DNA of 64,000 bases from an uncultured archaeon (GTDB lineage: Archaea > Thermoproteota > Bathyarchaeia > Bathyarchaeales > Bathycorpusculaceae): assembly GCA_963782915.1 (NCBI GenBank), contig CAWALK010000012.1:64001-128000 (forward strand), given 5' to 3'. Position numbers and translations under genes: made by a program. Below are positions 1 to 10,363 of the stretch, in pieces. The notes below the pieces were generated by a model that searched no databases, had not been told where the DNA came from, and saw only the letters and a list, made by a program, of their open reading frames with translations. The first letter of the stretch is position 1; the number at the start of each line of letters is the position of its first letter.

Positions 1-118
1 TACAACCTCTCGACCATAATAATATCCGAGCCGCCAATGCTTATTGCCCAAAATCCTAGCAGCGACACAGAACAGTTTCAATTTATTCAGAATATGCTGT
101 TATAGCAATCATGTGGCC

Positions 119-159
119 TGTTCCTGCAGCGGAACACCCTGTTCCTCGAGGAGAGCTAA
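119..159 (+). promoter_or_regulatory. Putative operator: TGTTCC-N6-GGAACA palindrome + third TGTTCC + GGAGAGCTAA (copy 1)
   Basis: 32/41 nt identical to 41928-41968; ends 39 nt before ATG 198. Confidence 0.6.
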
Positions 160-197
160 TAGACACTTAATCCTACAGACTTTTGCTGGGTAGAAGT

Positions 198-1637
198 ATG
201 ACAAAACGTTTGACCGTCTTATTTCTCGTTTGTCTGCTGTTAATAAGTGCAGTTCCTTTTATAGAAAATAGCGCTGCTTCAAGAGCGATTGTTGTTCCCG
301 ATAATTATCCCTCAATTACCATGGCTATTGCCAACGCCGCAGACGGCGACGTGATATACATTAGAAGTGGATTCTACAACGAGACTATATTGGAGATAAA
401 CAGGGCAGTCACGATAAAGGGAGAAGACGTCAAAAACACCATAGTCAAATTGACCCCGCCTCTGAGGAATTACACTTGTATTATGGGCCATGTTCATTGG
501 GAGCCCTCTGACGCCATAAAGATTAACGCTGACAACGTCAAAATATCCGATTTGACAATCTCTTCCGCAGGCAGCATCTCGGGCAACGGAGACGGAATAG
601 AGTTAGTAAGCAACATCATAAACGTCACAATGAGCGCCCGCCTAACTGGCAATAAGATAACCGTCGCGAGGAACACCATAAACGCGGACGACTGGAGAGT
701 GACTGGCTCCGACCTTACACTTGCACAAAACACGATCAGCCCCCGCGGCAAAGAGGTTCATAGTGATGGGAACAACTGTAACATCACTGAAAACGCCATA
801 AACGGTACGCTCTGGCTCACAGGTTCCTCGAACAGGGTAATCGGCAACTCCTACGAAGCCCTGTTCAGCCCACAAGGAGATTCAAACGTCATCAGCCACA
901 ACTCAGGCCCAATCAGTCTGGGAAACTCTGCTTATTCCTGCTCCAACAACATCATTTCAGGCAACCTCATCAAAGGGCCCTCTGTGTGGGGAATATGGAT
1001 AGGCGCACACTGCAACAACAACCTCTTTATCGACAACTACATCGCAGACGAAGGCTATGACCCAATAGGAGGCGCATTTAACACCGCCATAAACTTCGGC
1101 GGCGACAACAGCATAGGAACTAACAACACCTTCTACCACAACGCCTTTGTAAACAACCAAGCTAACGTCAAATTCAACAATGGAATGGTAATCAGCGGAA
1201 ACAACTGGGATAACGGCATCCAGGGCAACTATTGGAGTGACTACAACGGCTCAGATACTGACGGCGACGGCGTAGGCGATATACCCTACATAATCAACTC
1301 CGCAAACAGCGACGGCCATCCACTAATTACCCAACCATTCAATATGCCCACCATAAACGTGCCCCCACCAATCTATGATTCGCCAATAACGATACCCGAC
1401 GCATTGCTTACTCAACCTTCCACCCCAACACCGACAACTAATCCAACACAATTAGCCACAAACAATAAGCCAGCAACACAATCAACCACACCTAATAATC
1501 CAGCCTCTCAACAAACGATTCCAGAATTCGCCACCGCATTGGTTTTGCTTTTGGCGGCAATAGCCCTGGTTGTTGTAATAATTGCGTTAAGGCTGAAAAA
1601 ACCTATACCCAAAGGCGGGTTACAACCAACATACTAA
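198..1637 (+). CDS. Secreted NosD/CASH-type right-handed beta-helix surface protein with PEF-CTERM-like anchor
   Basis: Signal peptide; VPDNYPSI start; Asn/Gly/Ile repeats; GNYWSDY..D.DGDGVGD.PY motif; Pro/Thr linker; IPEF + TM + basic tail. Confidence 0.85.
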   Translation: MTKRLTVLFLVCLLLISAVPFIENSAASRAIVVPDNYPSITMAIANAADGDVIYIRSGFYNETILEINRAVTIKGEDVKNTIVKLTPPLRNYTCIMGHVHWEPSDAIKINADNVKISDLTISSAGSISGNGDGIELVSNIINVTMSARLTGNKITVARNTINADDWRVTGSDLTLAQNTISPRGKEVHSDGNNCNITENAINGTLWLTGSSNRVIGNSYEALFSPQGDSNVISHNSGPISLGNSAYSCSNNIISGNLIKGPSVWGIWIGAHCNNNLFIDNYIADEGYDPIGGAFNTAINFGGDNSIGTNNTFYHNAFVNNQANVKFNNGMVISGNNWDNGIQGNYWSDYNGSDTDGDGVGDIPYIINSANSDGHPLITQPFNMPTINVPPPIYDSPITIPDALLTQPSTPTPTTNPTQLATNNKPATQSTTPNNPASQQTIPEFATALVLLLAAIALVVVIIALRLKKPIPKGGLQPTY

Positions 1638-1725
1638 CCTTAATGGGTATCCTCCTCACCAGCAAAGCCTCTGCCTCGCGACATCGCACAACTTACCTTA
1701 ATAGCGTAAGATTTTAGATTACGAG

Positions 1726-2265
1726 TCATAGTTTGCTCCCGATTAGAAGAATCACAAAAATTGCGCTCACATGCAAAACATATACTATGACTGCGAATTT
1801 TTTAGTCGCCATTTTTTTCACTGAAGTCATCAGTATAATGCCGATTTCTGTGGGAAGCGGAGAAGCAATAAGAATACCAGCGACCGCCATAAGTAGATAT
1901 GACCTCAACAAAGCGGGTATCCGTCTACTAAGTGCCTGAACGATAGTTTCTTTTGAGAGTTTTTGTACTTCATCGCTAAAACTGAATTTTACAAAAAAGA
2001 AGATCCCCATGTCACTGATAAGAGCGCCAACTGAAGCAATAATTCCCGCCAAGAACAAGTTTTGTTCTTTAGCAAGAATAAGCAATATTGCCGTTCCAGC
2101 GGTAGAAGCGAATGAATAGGGGTACAGTAGACCTGCAAGAAAAGTCCCAAGATACCCTAAGTATACAAGAGCAATATGTAAGGGCTCATATAACAATCCA
2201 GAAAAAAGAAAATAAACAACAACGACGGTTATTACAAATAACGAAAGTTTAGGATATTTATACAC
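1726..2265 (-). CDS. Hypothetical integral membrane protein (about 5 TM, DedA/VTT-like topology)
   Basis: 179 aa hydrophobic ORF, GTG start. Confidence 0.6.
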   Translation of the reverse strand: MYKYPKLSLFVITVVVVYFLFSGLLYEPLHIALVYLGYLGTFLAGLLYPYSFASTAGTAILLILAKEQNLFLAGIIASVGALISDMGIFFFVKFSFSDEVQKLSKETIVQALSRRIPALLRSYLLMAVAGILIASPLPTEIGIILMTSVKKMATKKFAVIVYVLHVSAIFVILLIGSKL

Positions 2266-2469
2266 TAATTTCTTTACCTGTTCGAATATTCGTTATAAAA
2301 AGAGCATATCCTATCAACGAATCTATCCAATAAATAAGTTGCCATAATCGACCCTGTTCATGTTTAATGCGTTAGTATGAATTACACTAAAGATGAGTTA
2401 CAACTAAAACATCGCCACTAACTAGTGCCTTTCTGTTTGTTATAGTGCTCAGAATCAACTATCAAAGCG

Positions 2470-2835
2470 CTACTGTGTAGCGTTATGTTCTGGACCGAGA
2501 ACTTTCTGCCTTAACTCCCTAATCGCCAAAACAGGTCCCTCAACAACCACTTTACGAGTGATTAAAGCTCGGGTAGCCCCTAATTTGTTGTCTAAAATAT
2601 TTTGAAGCGTTTCTACTTTGCATGAAACCGTTACTGCTGCTTCTTGTTTGGATGGGAATTTCTCTACGGCTTCTACTTTGCCGCTGACTATTTTTATTCT
2701 GTAAGCCATGTTGGCGTCGGTGAAGTAGAATTGGATAACTTTGGTGTAGTTGCTGATGGTGGCGGTTTTTGCGTTAATTTTGTTAGTTACGTTTTTGATT
2801 GTTTGTTCAGCGTTTAGCAGATTGGTTTCCAGCAT
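2470..2835 (-). CDS. Stand-alone SCP2 sterol/lipid-binding domain protein
   Basis: QFYFTD..YRIKIVSGKV, AVTVSCKVETLQNIL..KL...RALITRKVVVEG pattern typical of SCP2. Confidence 0.7.
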   Translation of the reverse strand: MLETNLLNAEQTIKNVTNKINAKTATISNYTKVIQFYFTDANMAYRIKIVSGKVEAVEKFPSKQEAAVTVSCKVETLQNILDNKLGATRALITRKVVVEGPVLAIRELRQKVLGPEHNATQ

Positions 2836-3134
2836 TCCTGTGACCTCTGATTATAGTTGAATGATTGTTATTTTGGGTATTAGTCGTTTATGAATCGAAA
2901 ATATTGACTGCTAATCTTGCAAACGATCAAATAAAGAATCATTTTGTTCGAGTAAACCCTGTAGGCAGTTATAAAACATTGGCTGCTGGTTTAAGTATCC
3001 CCGATTAAGCGAGTTCTGGAATCGTTATTTGAGAGATTTCTTTAGTCAAGGTTTGTGAACTAAGTTTAGTCATGGAATCTATACAAAAAGTCTTTAATTC
3101 AAAGTTCACCCACGGCTCTATAGTGGCTGTTAAC

Positions 3135-3947
3135 ATGAAAAAATCCCTCACTTCAATCTTGATACTTGTGATGGTGGCATCAAGCATCATTATGGCACAG
3201 AATGCTTCGGCGCAAACAATGCCCAAACCATCTGTTCCTCAATTCAGCATCCAAGTGGTTGACCACTCCTACGATGTCCCAACAACATATTCCACCGACT
3301 CTTACACTGGGAAGCAGATCACAATTCCTGGTTACCACGTTGACGACATAAGAGTGGAGGGCAAGATCAAAAACCAACATTTCACTCCATACACGATACC
3401 TAATCCCAATTCAACTAACAGTAACTTGGACATCGAGTTCTATTATAATATAAGCTATAAGGGGCACTTCGGAACCGAATGGAGACAGCTTGATGGCAGT
3501 GAAGATGTAGATTTCTTAAAACAAAGCTATAGTTCTGAGTTCACAGATTTCAACATCAGTCGGAATGATGGTATAGACTTGCAAGACGGTAGTCAAATAG
3601 ATGTTCGAATTAAGGCGGTTATTGGTTTTGAGACTTGGGGGTTCGTTGCAGCGTGGCCTTACCGCATATTAAACGGTGAAGATAGCGGGTGGAGCAGCAC
3701 TCTAACAATAACCGTTAGCAAAAATGCAACCTCCGACAATATGTATGCATCCACGATTGACAGTTTGCCATACCCAACATTAACATCGCCCCAGTCGCTC
3801 TCAACTCCAACACCAACTTCCTCTGTATCTCCCACACCCACTGTTCCAGAATTTTCCATCTTAGCGGTCTTTGCTTTATTTGCTATTATACCTGTAATAA
3901 TAGTGATGTTTGTACGGAAGAAAGCTACGCTCAAGGTTTATAACTAG
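3135..3947 (+). CDS. Secreted surface protein with PEF-CTERM-like anchor
   Basis: MKK signal peptide; PKPSVPQF; Thr/Pro linker; VPEF + TM + RKK. Confidence 0.8.
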   Translation: MKKSLTSILILVMVASSIIMAQNASAQTMPKPSVPQFSIQVVDHSYDVPTTYSTDSYTGKQITIPGYHVDDIRVEGKIKNQHFTPYTIPNPNSTNSNLDIEFYYNISYKGHFGTEWRQLDGSEDVDFLKQSYSSEFTDFNISRNDGIDLQDGSQIDVRIKAVIGFETWGFVAAWPYRILNGEDSGWSSTLTITVSKNATSDNMYASTIDSLPYPTLTSPQSLSTPTPTSSVSPTPTVPEFSILAVFALFAIIPVIIVMFVRKKATLKVYN

Positions 3948-4140
3948 AGGTAATACTCGCGCTTAGAAATTGGCTACGTATAAGGCAGTGGAAGATTACT
4001 AAGCCCAAGAGGTAGTTACAATCAGTCTCTACCACAATTTTTGAGTACCTCCTTGAAAAACCAAGGACTCTGCCTTTCATCATATAAACAGAACTATTTC
4101 TTCAATTTAGATGAACAAAAAATGCCTTGAGAAGTTGACT

Positions 4141-4416
4141 CTACTCTTCAAAGCATTTTTGCTGCTCAATATGAAATTTCGCTGTGCAGGCTTCAGAGCA
4201 ACATTGCACTTTATGCCTTTTAGTCGTATGTTTATCTGGCACAAATAATGAATCGGAAGCGTGAGTTATCAAACCTCTTAACTGTTTTTTGCATGTTGGG
4301 CAAACTAGATTGCCGTCGCTGTCGAATTGCTCTTTTTCTACGATATTTTTAGCCGGAATTTCCTTTGCTGCTTTAGCAACTGTTAGTTTGCTTTTACCTT
4401 TCTCTGTTTTGGACAT
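4141..4416 (-). CDS. Small putative metal-binding protein (CPTC...CCSEAC, TRASH/YHS-like)
   Basis: 91 aa, ATG start, CxxC and CCSxxC motifs. Confidence 0.55.
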   Translation of the reverse strand: MSKTEKGKSKLTVAKAAKEIPAKNIVEKEQFDSDGNLVCPTCKKQLRGLITHASDSLFVPDKHTTKRHKVQCCSEACTAKFHIEQQKCFEE

Positions 4417-4539
4417 AGAAATTACACTGTACCCGTGTTGAACCCACTATAAGTGTATAGCAATCAATTAATAGAATTTCTAAGGGCATTTTTCATTTAC
4501 TTACCCTTTTTTTTCGTCGCAGTAAAACACCATTAACTT

Positions 4540-6238
4540 TTATTTTTTTTTGAAGTAAGCAAATAAACCTATAACAACTGCCAAAAGAACAATTAAGGTA
4601 ACCCCTGCTCCAACCCATACCGAATCGATGGGTGACCAACTTACATTTTGAGGCACGTTAAAGATTATTGAGATTTGATGCCTGCTAAAACCAGTCGTAA
4701 ACCAAACATAGTAGTTTGTCTCGTCTTGGCTGTAACCTTGATTCTCTGCTTTCTTATCATCGATAAAAATTATTGGCGCAGTTCCTTCATAAATTAGGTT
4801 TTTTGATAAAGTCATATTGCAAAAACCGGTGGAGTGGCTAGCGCCTGTTACTGTAAGATAAAGGTAGGCTGATGTTGTATTCCGGTCCATCGTTAAGTAA
4901 ACATTAGAAATCTCAGAACTGGAAACGTTACCACTTAAGGTAATATTGACTGTTTTCCCTTCATCGGTTAAAGCTTGCATAATAGTTGGCAGTGAAGACT
5001 GAGAAGCAGAACCGGGTAGTTGAAGTGCAGAAAACACGTCAGACCCAAAGTCAAAATACATGGCGTTTTCATCGATTGCAGAAGACTTAGAAGGAATAAT
5101 GTTTAAGTCATGAGCGGAAAGACTCGAGTCCCATATCCTATGCCCATTGTAGGAATTCAAAGCGCTAATACTGCCTCTAACATCGGCATAAACAGCCCCA
5201 TTGACGACAGTAGGGGGCGCCGCAAAAGCATCCCTACAATTCCAAAGTTTAGCGCCGTTAGAGGCTTTCACCGCTATCAACCCGCGCTCATTCGGTGAGA
5301 ACACGTAGACTACGCCGTTAATAGCCGTCGGCGAACACAACTCAGCATGCAACTCACCACCACTCTCTATGGTATAATTCCATAATTTGGCCCCTGTAGC
5401 AGCATTCAAAGCGTAAAGGTCTTTGTCGGCACAGAAGAAAACTGCTCCATTAAGGACTGTAGGAGTAGATACCCAATATCCAGTAGTATAATTCCAAAGA
5501 AAACGGCCACTGTTTGCATCCAATGCATTCATTGCGTAACTAGGAATGAATTCACCTTTTTCATTTGGGCCATTAAACATAGAACCGACATAAAGAATTC
5601 CATTGCTAACCGCCGGCAAAGTCGCTCCAAATTCGGAAGCTTCCCACATTTCAGTGCCGTCAGCTACGTTAAAGGCATAGAGGGTTTTGTCTTAAAACGC
5701 CAAAATTCACGTACACGGTTTTTTCATTTATAACGGGAGATGAAATTTCGCCCACTGCGGTGTAATTCCAAACTAAATCTCCAGTGGTAGCATTAAGCGC
5801 TTTTAGCGAATTTACATCATCATAGTGTATCCCTTCGCCTGCACTAAAGAAGACTATTCCATCGGCAACAACGCAAGACTCCATTATAAGTTGTGAGTCG
5901 TCTTTGTAATCCCAAATTACGTCGCCGTTTGAGGCGTTGAGGGCATAGAAATTACTCCACCAATCGGGATCAGTCGGAGGAGGGTTGATCCAGAATGGAT
6001 AACAGTTGATAAATGTAGTTGCGCCTACATAGACTACTCCATCGACGACTGTTGGAGCGGACCACTCGCGGTCATCGTACTCGGTGCCTACCGGATAACC
6101 GAACTGTTTTTGCCAAAGATACTTGGGAGTAAGTATAGTGCCTGACTCGCCAGAGGCTATGCCGATGAATGCAGATTGAGCCAGAACTGGTAAAATTAAA
6201 AGAATAAGAAGGATACCAAGGGCTAACTTATTTCTCAT
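4540..6238 (-). CDS. Membrane-anchored PQQ-like (BamB/AfsK-type) beta-propeller surface protein; +1 frameshift near 5693
   Basis: ORFs 5669-6238 and 4540-5649 join by removing one base (GGC GTT TTA A GAC AAA ACC CTC TAT GCC = GVL-DKTLYA); YALNA.TG..W repeats; signal peptide; C-terminal TM + KKK. Confidence 0.8.
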
Positions 6239-6271
6239 AATTAGGCGTTAGGAATTGTTTGCTTTAATAGT

Positions 6272-7304
6272 TTACTCATTTGTATTTTTTACAATTTTAA
6301 TTAATGCATCCCTTATGAAGGGTGGCAACTCGACAGCATCATAACCCTGCAGCTTTTTGTAGTTCCCAGTATTGCCTATGCAGTCTGTTATTTGGTTCCA
6401 GTTTTGAAAGTCAGTTGGTAGCAGGTTTTTCTTGTAGTCATCATCCATTTTCGCAGCCGCCAACAGGGAAGCCAACGCCGACGGATTATTCTGCAGTAGT
6501 TCCGTCAATTTTTCGGCAGTGATTTCTAAGCCTTTGATTTTGGAGACTTCAGCAGCCAACTTCTCAACTGGGAGATGCCGCTCTTTTAGCCTGTCGAGAA
6601 CGGAGCGGTTTGCCCAAAAAGGCTCCTGCCGAACCAGCGCCTCAGTAACAGCAAGCCGAGCACAGTAACCGACTATTTTCCCAAACTTCGACGCAGGACC
6701 ACCCAAAACGATAGGCGCCCCTTTGCCTGTAGAAGCTACGGTAACGCTGTCGGTTATTGAGCCCGTTGCGGAATCGCCACTATAGCGGCTTCTAACATCA
6801 AAATCGCGGAGCGCCGCCGACTTGGCTTCAGTGGCAGTAATCAATGCAGCAACCATGCAGCTTTCAAGTGGTGCCCCATCCACAAAAACGATGATGTTAA
6901 TGGTTCCTGTGATTTCCTGTACATCTATTTGCTTCGCCTGAGGATTCGCCGTGTTGGCATCCAGCGGTTGCAGCTACAGCGACAGTGTAAGCATCTGTTT
7001 TTTTGGTTACTAAACTAAAGTTGTGAACGTTTGCCGCTGTAACCATTGCAAGGTAATCTTGAGTTATGCCCAATTTGGCTGCGGAGGTTGTGATGAGTTC
7101 CATGGGGTCTATGTGGAGGGCTTTGTCACTGTACCCTTTAGGCACCCCAACATTGAGCACATACTTTACACGTTTGGCTCCGCCGTTAAAGAATGCTGAA
7201 CTAACAGTCGCCAACCCATCCGGCGAAGAAACAGCTAAAACGTTGTCTTTAACAATAAATTTAACGTTGCTTGCTAAGTCAAGCTCCTGATCCAAATTTG
7301 CCAA
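6272..7304 (-). CDS. cbiZ: Adenosylcobinamide amidohydrolase CbiZ with C-terminal CobZ-like domain; +1 frameshift near 6930
   Basis: SSAFFNGG, MVTAA, ATAG, then after the shift GTINII, TATEAKSAAL, ATGSITDS; tail SVLDRLKE..LPPFIRDAL resembles archaeal CobZ. Confidence 0.8.
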
Positions 7305-7314
7305 ACCCCATTGG

Positions 7315-7533
7315 CTACTTTTGGGGGGTACCAGAATTTAAGGTGATGGCTTTATTTGGGCACAAGTTAACGCATACGCCGCATTTGGTGCAGGTTACAA
7401 CTTCTATAACCTGAGGTTTACGGTTCTTGCCCTCTTCTAAAACGCCCTGTGGACAAACACCTATGCAGACTTGCCCCGTACATGGTGGACACTTTTTGGC
7501 GTCGATAGTTATTGGTGACTTTTGTTTGCCCAT
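7315..7533 (-). CDS. 4Fe-4S dicluster ferredoxin
   Basis: CPPCTGQVCIGVCP and CTKCGVCVNLCP. Confidence 0.9.
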   Translation of the reverse strand: MGKQKSPITIDAKKCPPCTGQVCIGVCPQGVLEEGKNRKPQVIEVVTCTKCGVCVNLCPNKAITLNSGTPQK

Positions 7534-7593
7534 GTGAAATCAACAATTAATTAAGCGCCAAGAATATATCTGTTGCGAGCAAAGGTAGTTGGC

Positions 7594-8478
7594 ATGCAAA
7601 TAGGCTTAGTCACATACAAACCTGAATTTGTAGAAGGCTATGATGTTCACGTTTACTTTAGCAAATGGGTTGATGGTCAAGCTTTTCCGGCTGCAGCAGG
7701 CATGCAGAATGATGTTACGGTTTTCTGTGATGCTAAATCCATCCGAGACGACCCGGGTATCGTTTCAGTTTCTAAGGGTGGCCCGGCACTGCGGCGGAAC
7801 AGTAAATCGAATTTGGCTTTTGATTTCGTTTGTCCCACTCACCCGGGGTACCGCCAGAAAGTCTTCGACTACCTCGACAGCGTATCTAAACAGGACATCC
7901 AAGGAGTTACATTAAACCTGTACCACTTTGCAGACCAAGACTACTGCACCTGCCCACGATGCACAGAACAACGGGAAAAGAGCGGTTTAAGCTGGACAGA
8001 GTGGCGTGCCCAAACCATAACCGAATTTCTAAAAGAAGCAAAAACCCACACAAAGGGCACGTTTGCGGTTGAAATGTTCCCCGACCCGGTGTTGGCTAAG
8101 GAACGCTTCGGCATAGACTTCAACGCCATCGCTGAACTGGTAGACTACTTCCATGTACCCTTGTCAAGTAGGGATTATTTGACTAATTATTGGGTAGACA
8201 CCATCGTCCGCGACTTTGTCTCATTCCTCAAGAAACCCGTAGTGGTTGAGTTAAGTGCGGAGATGCCGACTGACGAAAAGATGGATGCACTGCTAAAAAC
8301 AGTCGCCTATATTTCGCGGCATAACTTGATGGCGGTGTTGCTCCTTGTGCATGACTCTGAGAATGCTCGGCAAGTGGCACGGTTTGCAGTCCACAACGAA
8401 GGCTTCCGTGAATGGCTCAAAACCTATGAGTTCACAAAAATGGAAAAGATAGTAGATAATTGGGCTAAAATCTATTAA
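7594..8478 (+). CDS. Cytoplasmic GHL10/DUF187-like TIM-barrel protein with CxCxxC motif
   Basis: FVCPTHPGYR, DIQGVTLNLYHF, YCTCPRC, WTEWRAQTITEFL motifs; no signal peptide. Confidence 0.5.
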   Translation: MQIGLVTYKPEFVEGYDVHVYFSKWVDGQAFPAAAGMQNDVTVFCDAKSIRDDPGIVSVSKGGPALRRNSKSNLAFDFVCPTHPGYRQKVFDYLDSVSKQDIQGVTLNLYHFADQDYCTCPRCTEQREKSGLSWTEWRAQTITEFLKEAKTHTKGTFAVEMFPDPVLAKERFGIDFNAIAELVDYFHVPLSSRDYLTNYWVDTIVRDFVSFLKKPVVVELSAEMPTDEKMDALLKTVAYISRHNLMAVLLLVHDSENARQVARFAVHNEGFREWLKTYEFTKMEKIVDNWAKIY

Positions 8479-8479
8479 T

Positions 8480-9226
8480 TTAGCCTGTCTGCTTTTTGAT
8501 TCTACCGTTGGCTTTCTCTATTACACTGTAAATTATAGACTGCGAAGTGAAACCTAACGCAATCAATGCCAACAAACTCAGCACCAGCCATGGTAGCTTT
8601 GCAGTGAACTCAAACGGCGAGAACTCAATGTATACTAGCGAGAAAAACATCGTTAAGAAACTGGTGAAGAATCCCACGTTACGCAGCCAGTCGCCAACGC
8701 TCCATGGGTCCTTGATGCTGGGGAAGTAGGTGAGTGATTCTTTAGATTGCATGTCTTGGCGTATGTTTCGGCGAAACCCCACAATAGCGGCGAGTAAACC
8801 GATGAAAACTGCGGTTAAACCCGTTGCGACGCCGATTATAGCTTGAATTGAACTACTCATAGAAGTCGCGAATAGTGCAGCTGCCACCGTCAACGGAAAC
8901 ACGCAGGTGATCCCAACAAAGGCATAGAACACTTTGTTAGCCTGCGCCGAAACGGAAGGGTCTTTTTTGGATGGCATACTGGATTCCATGACCTGGACGG
9001 CTCGGATGGCTTCGTATCCGTCGTCTGAGAGTTTGTATAAGCCGCCTTGGTCGAGGTAGATTAGGGTGTCGAGTTTTTTGAGGTGGTGGTCGAGGTTGCC
9101 GTTACTTTCTATATGTAACGCGTTTTTTAGTTGGCTAAAATTCATCGGGTTATCTTGTAGAAAGCTGAGGATTTTTAGGCGGGTTGGGTGGGAGATTTTT
9201 TCGAAGAGTTCAGCGATTACTGACAC
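8480..9226 (-). CDS. ArsR-type winged-helix regulator with about 4 C-terminal TM helices
   Basis: ISHPTRLKIL..FSQLK..SNGNLDHHLKKL; hydrophobic C-terminal half. Confidence 0.8.
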   Translation of the reverse strand: MSVIAELFEKISHPTRLKILSFLQDNPMNFSQLKNALHIESNGNLDHHLKKLDTLIYLDQGGLYKLSDDGYEAIRAVQVMESSMPSKKDPSVSAQANKVFYAFVGITCVFPLTVAAALFATSMSSSIQAIIGVATGLTAVFIGLLAAIVGFRRNIRQDMQSKESLTYFPSIKDPWSVGDWLRNVGFFTSFLTMFFSLVYIEFSPFEFTAKLPWLVLSLLALIALGFTSQSIIYSVIEKANGRIKKQTG

Positions 9227-9330
9227 TTGAGTTCACCGTGAACCTCATTGGTGCACTCGATATTTAACCCCTGACTTGTTGACATAAAGTCAAGAAGGAA
9301 ACGGCGACAAAACAAACCGCAAAGGTGGGT

Positions 9331-10086
9331 TTAGGCGTTCTTTTTTAGGTTAGCTCGGTATTCTCGCAGCTTTGCCATATCTAAATCCGCAGACAAGATG
9401 CTGTCTTCGGGTGCATCCGTAACTTCACCCAATACTCCCCATGGAGCTATAATGGCGCTTCTGCCCCCTCGCACACTTGAACCTACGTTACCGACTTTTA
9501 ACACGAACACGCCATAGTTGCGAGCCATAGCTTCAGTTAAGGGGTGACCTTTGACGGTTGGATGCGTTCCCATCGCCGCAACGGGTAACGAAACGATTTC
9601 TGCACCTAACTCCGCAACTTGCTTAACCAAAACGGGGTCGAAACTGTCTGCGCAGACAATCATGCCCAACTTGCCCAGTTCGGTATCAACCACCAGCGGT
9701 GTGCAGCCTTTGGCTACGCCGGCTTTAACTTCACATTCGATAGGGTTAATTTTTTTGTATTTAGCGATTAAGGATCCGTTTTTCCAGAGTGTACTGGTGT
9801 TGTAGTATTTGCCGTTGTCTTCTTGGAGTACCGTGCCGCCTAGGAGGTAGATGTTGCCGATTAATGCGGAGATTTCCTGTAGGAAATCGAGGGTTTTATT
9901 GCAGGTTTCTTTTGAAATTTTTGGGGCGTCGGTGAATTCTGCCATGCAGTTGGGTACGGTGAAGTATTCGGGAAGGCTGATTAGGGCTGGTTTTTGTTTT
10001 GCCGCTTTGAGTACTGCGGTTTTGGCGGCTTTGAGGTTTTCTTCTAGTGTTAGGCGGATTTCCATGTGGAGTACGCTGACTTTCAA
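9331..10086 (-). CDS. Carbon-nitrogen hydrolase (nitrilase superfamily)
   Basis: Glu-Lys-Cys triad: LPEYF, YKKINP, IVCAD; GRSAIIAPWG; probable TTG start at 10086. Confidence 0.88.
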   Translation of the reverse strand: MKVSVLHMEIRLTLEENLKAAKTAVLKAAKQKPALISLPEYFTVPNCMAEFTDAPKISKETCNKTLDFLQEISALIGNIYLLGGTVLQEDNGKYYNTSTLWKNGSLIAKYKKINPIECEVKAGVAKGCTPLVVDTELGKLGMIVCADSFDPVLVKQVAELGAEIVSLPVAAMGTHPTVKGHPLTEAMARNYGVFVLKVGNVGSSVRGGRSAIIAPWGVLGEVTDAPEDSILSADLDMAKLREYRANLKKNA

Positions 10087-10363
10087 TGTGGGTCCCTGTT
10101 TGGTTGTGTTGTGTATTGGTTTTGGTTGATGGCTTTTCAAGTTTACTGTTTTTGGCTGTTTTTTCTCTTGGTAAGGGGGTGTGGTTGTGATGTGTTTGTG
10201 TTGGTTTGCCTGTTTTTTGGATAGTTTTCCGTCGGCAATTCCTGTTTGTTCAACTTCCCAGTTAGTTTTAGTACAATTGTTTAGGTTTTAATCGCTTTGG
10301 TATGCATACGGTTAACTTTATAAGAGACGCAGATGACAAACACTATAATATCGAGGGAAAGAA

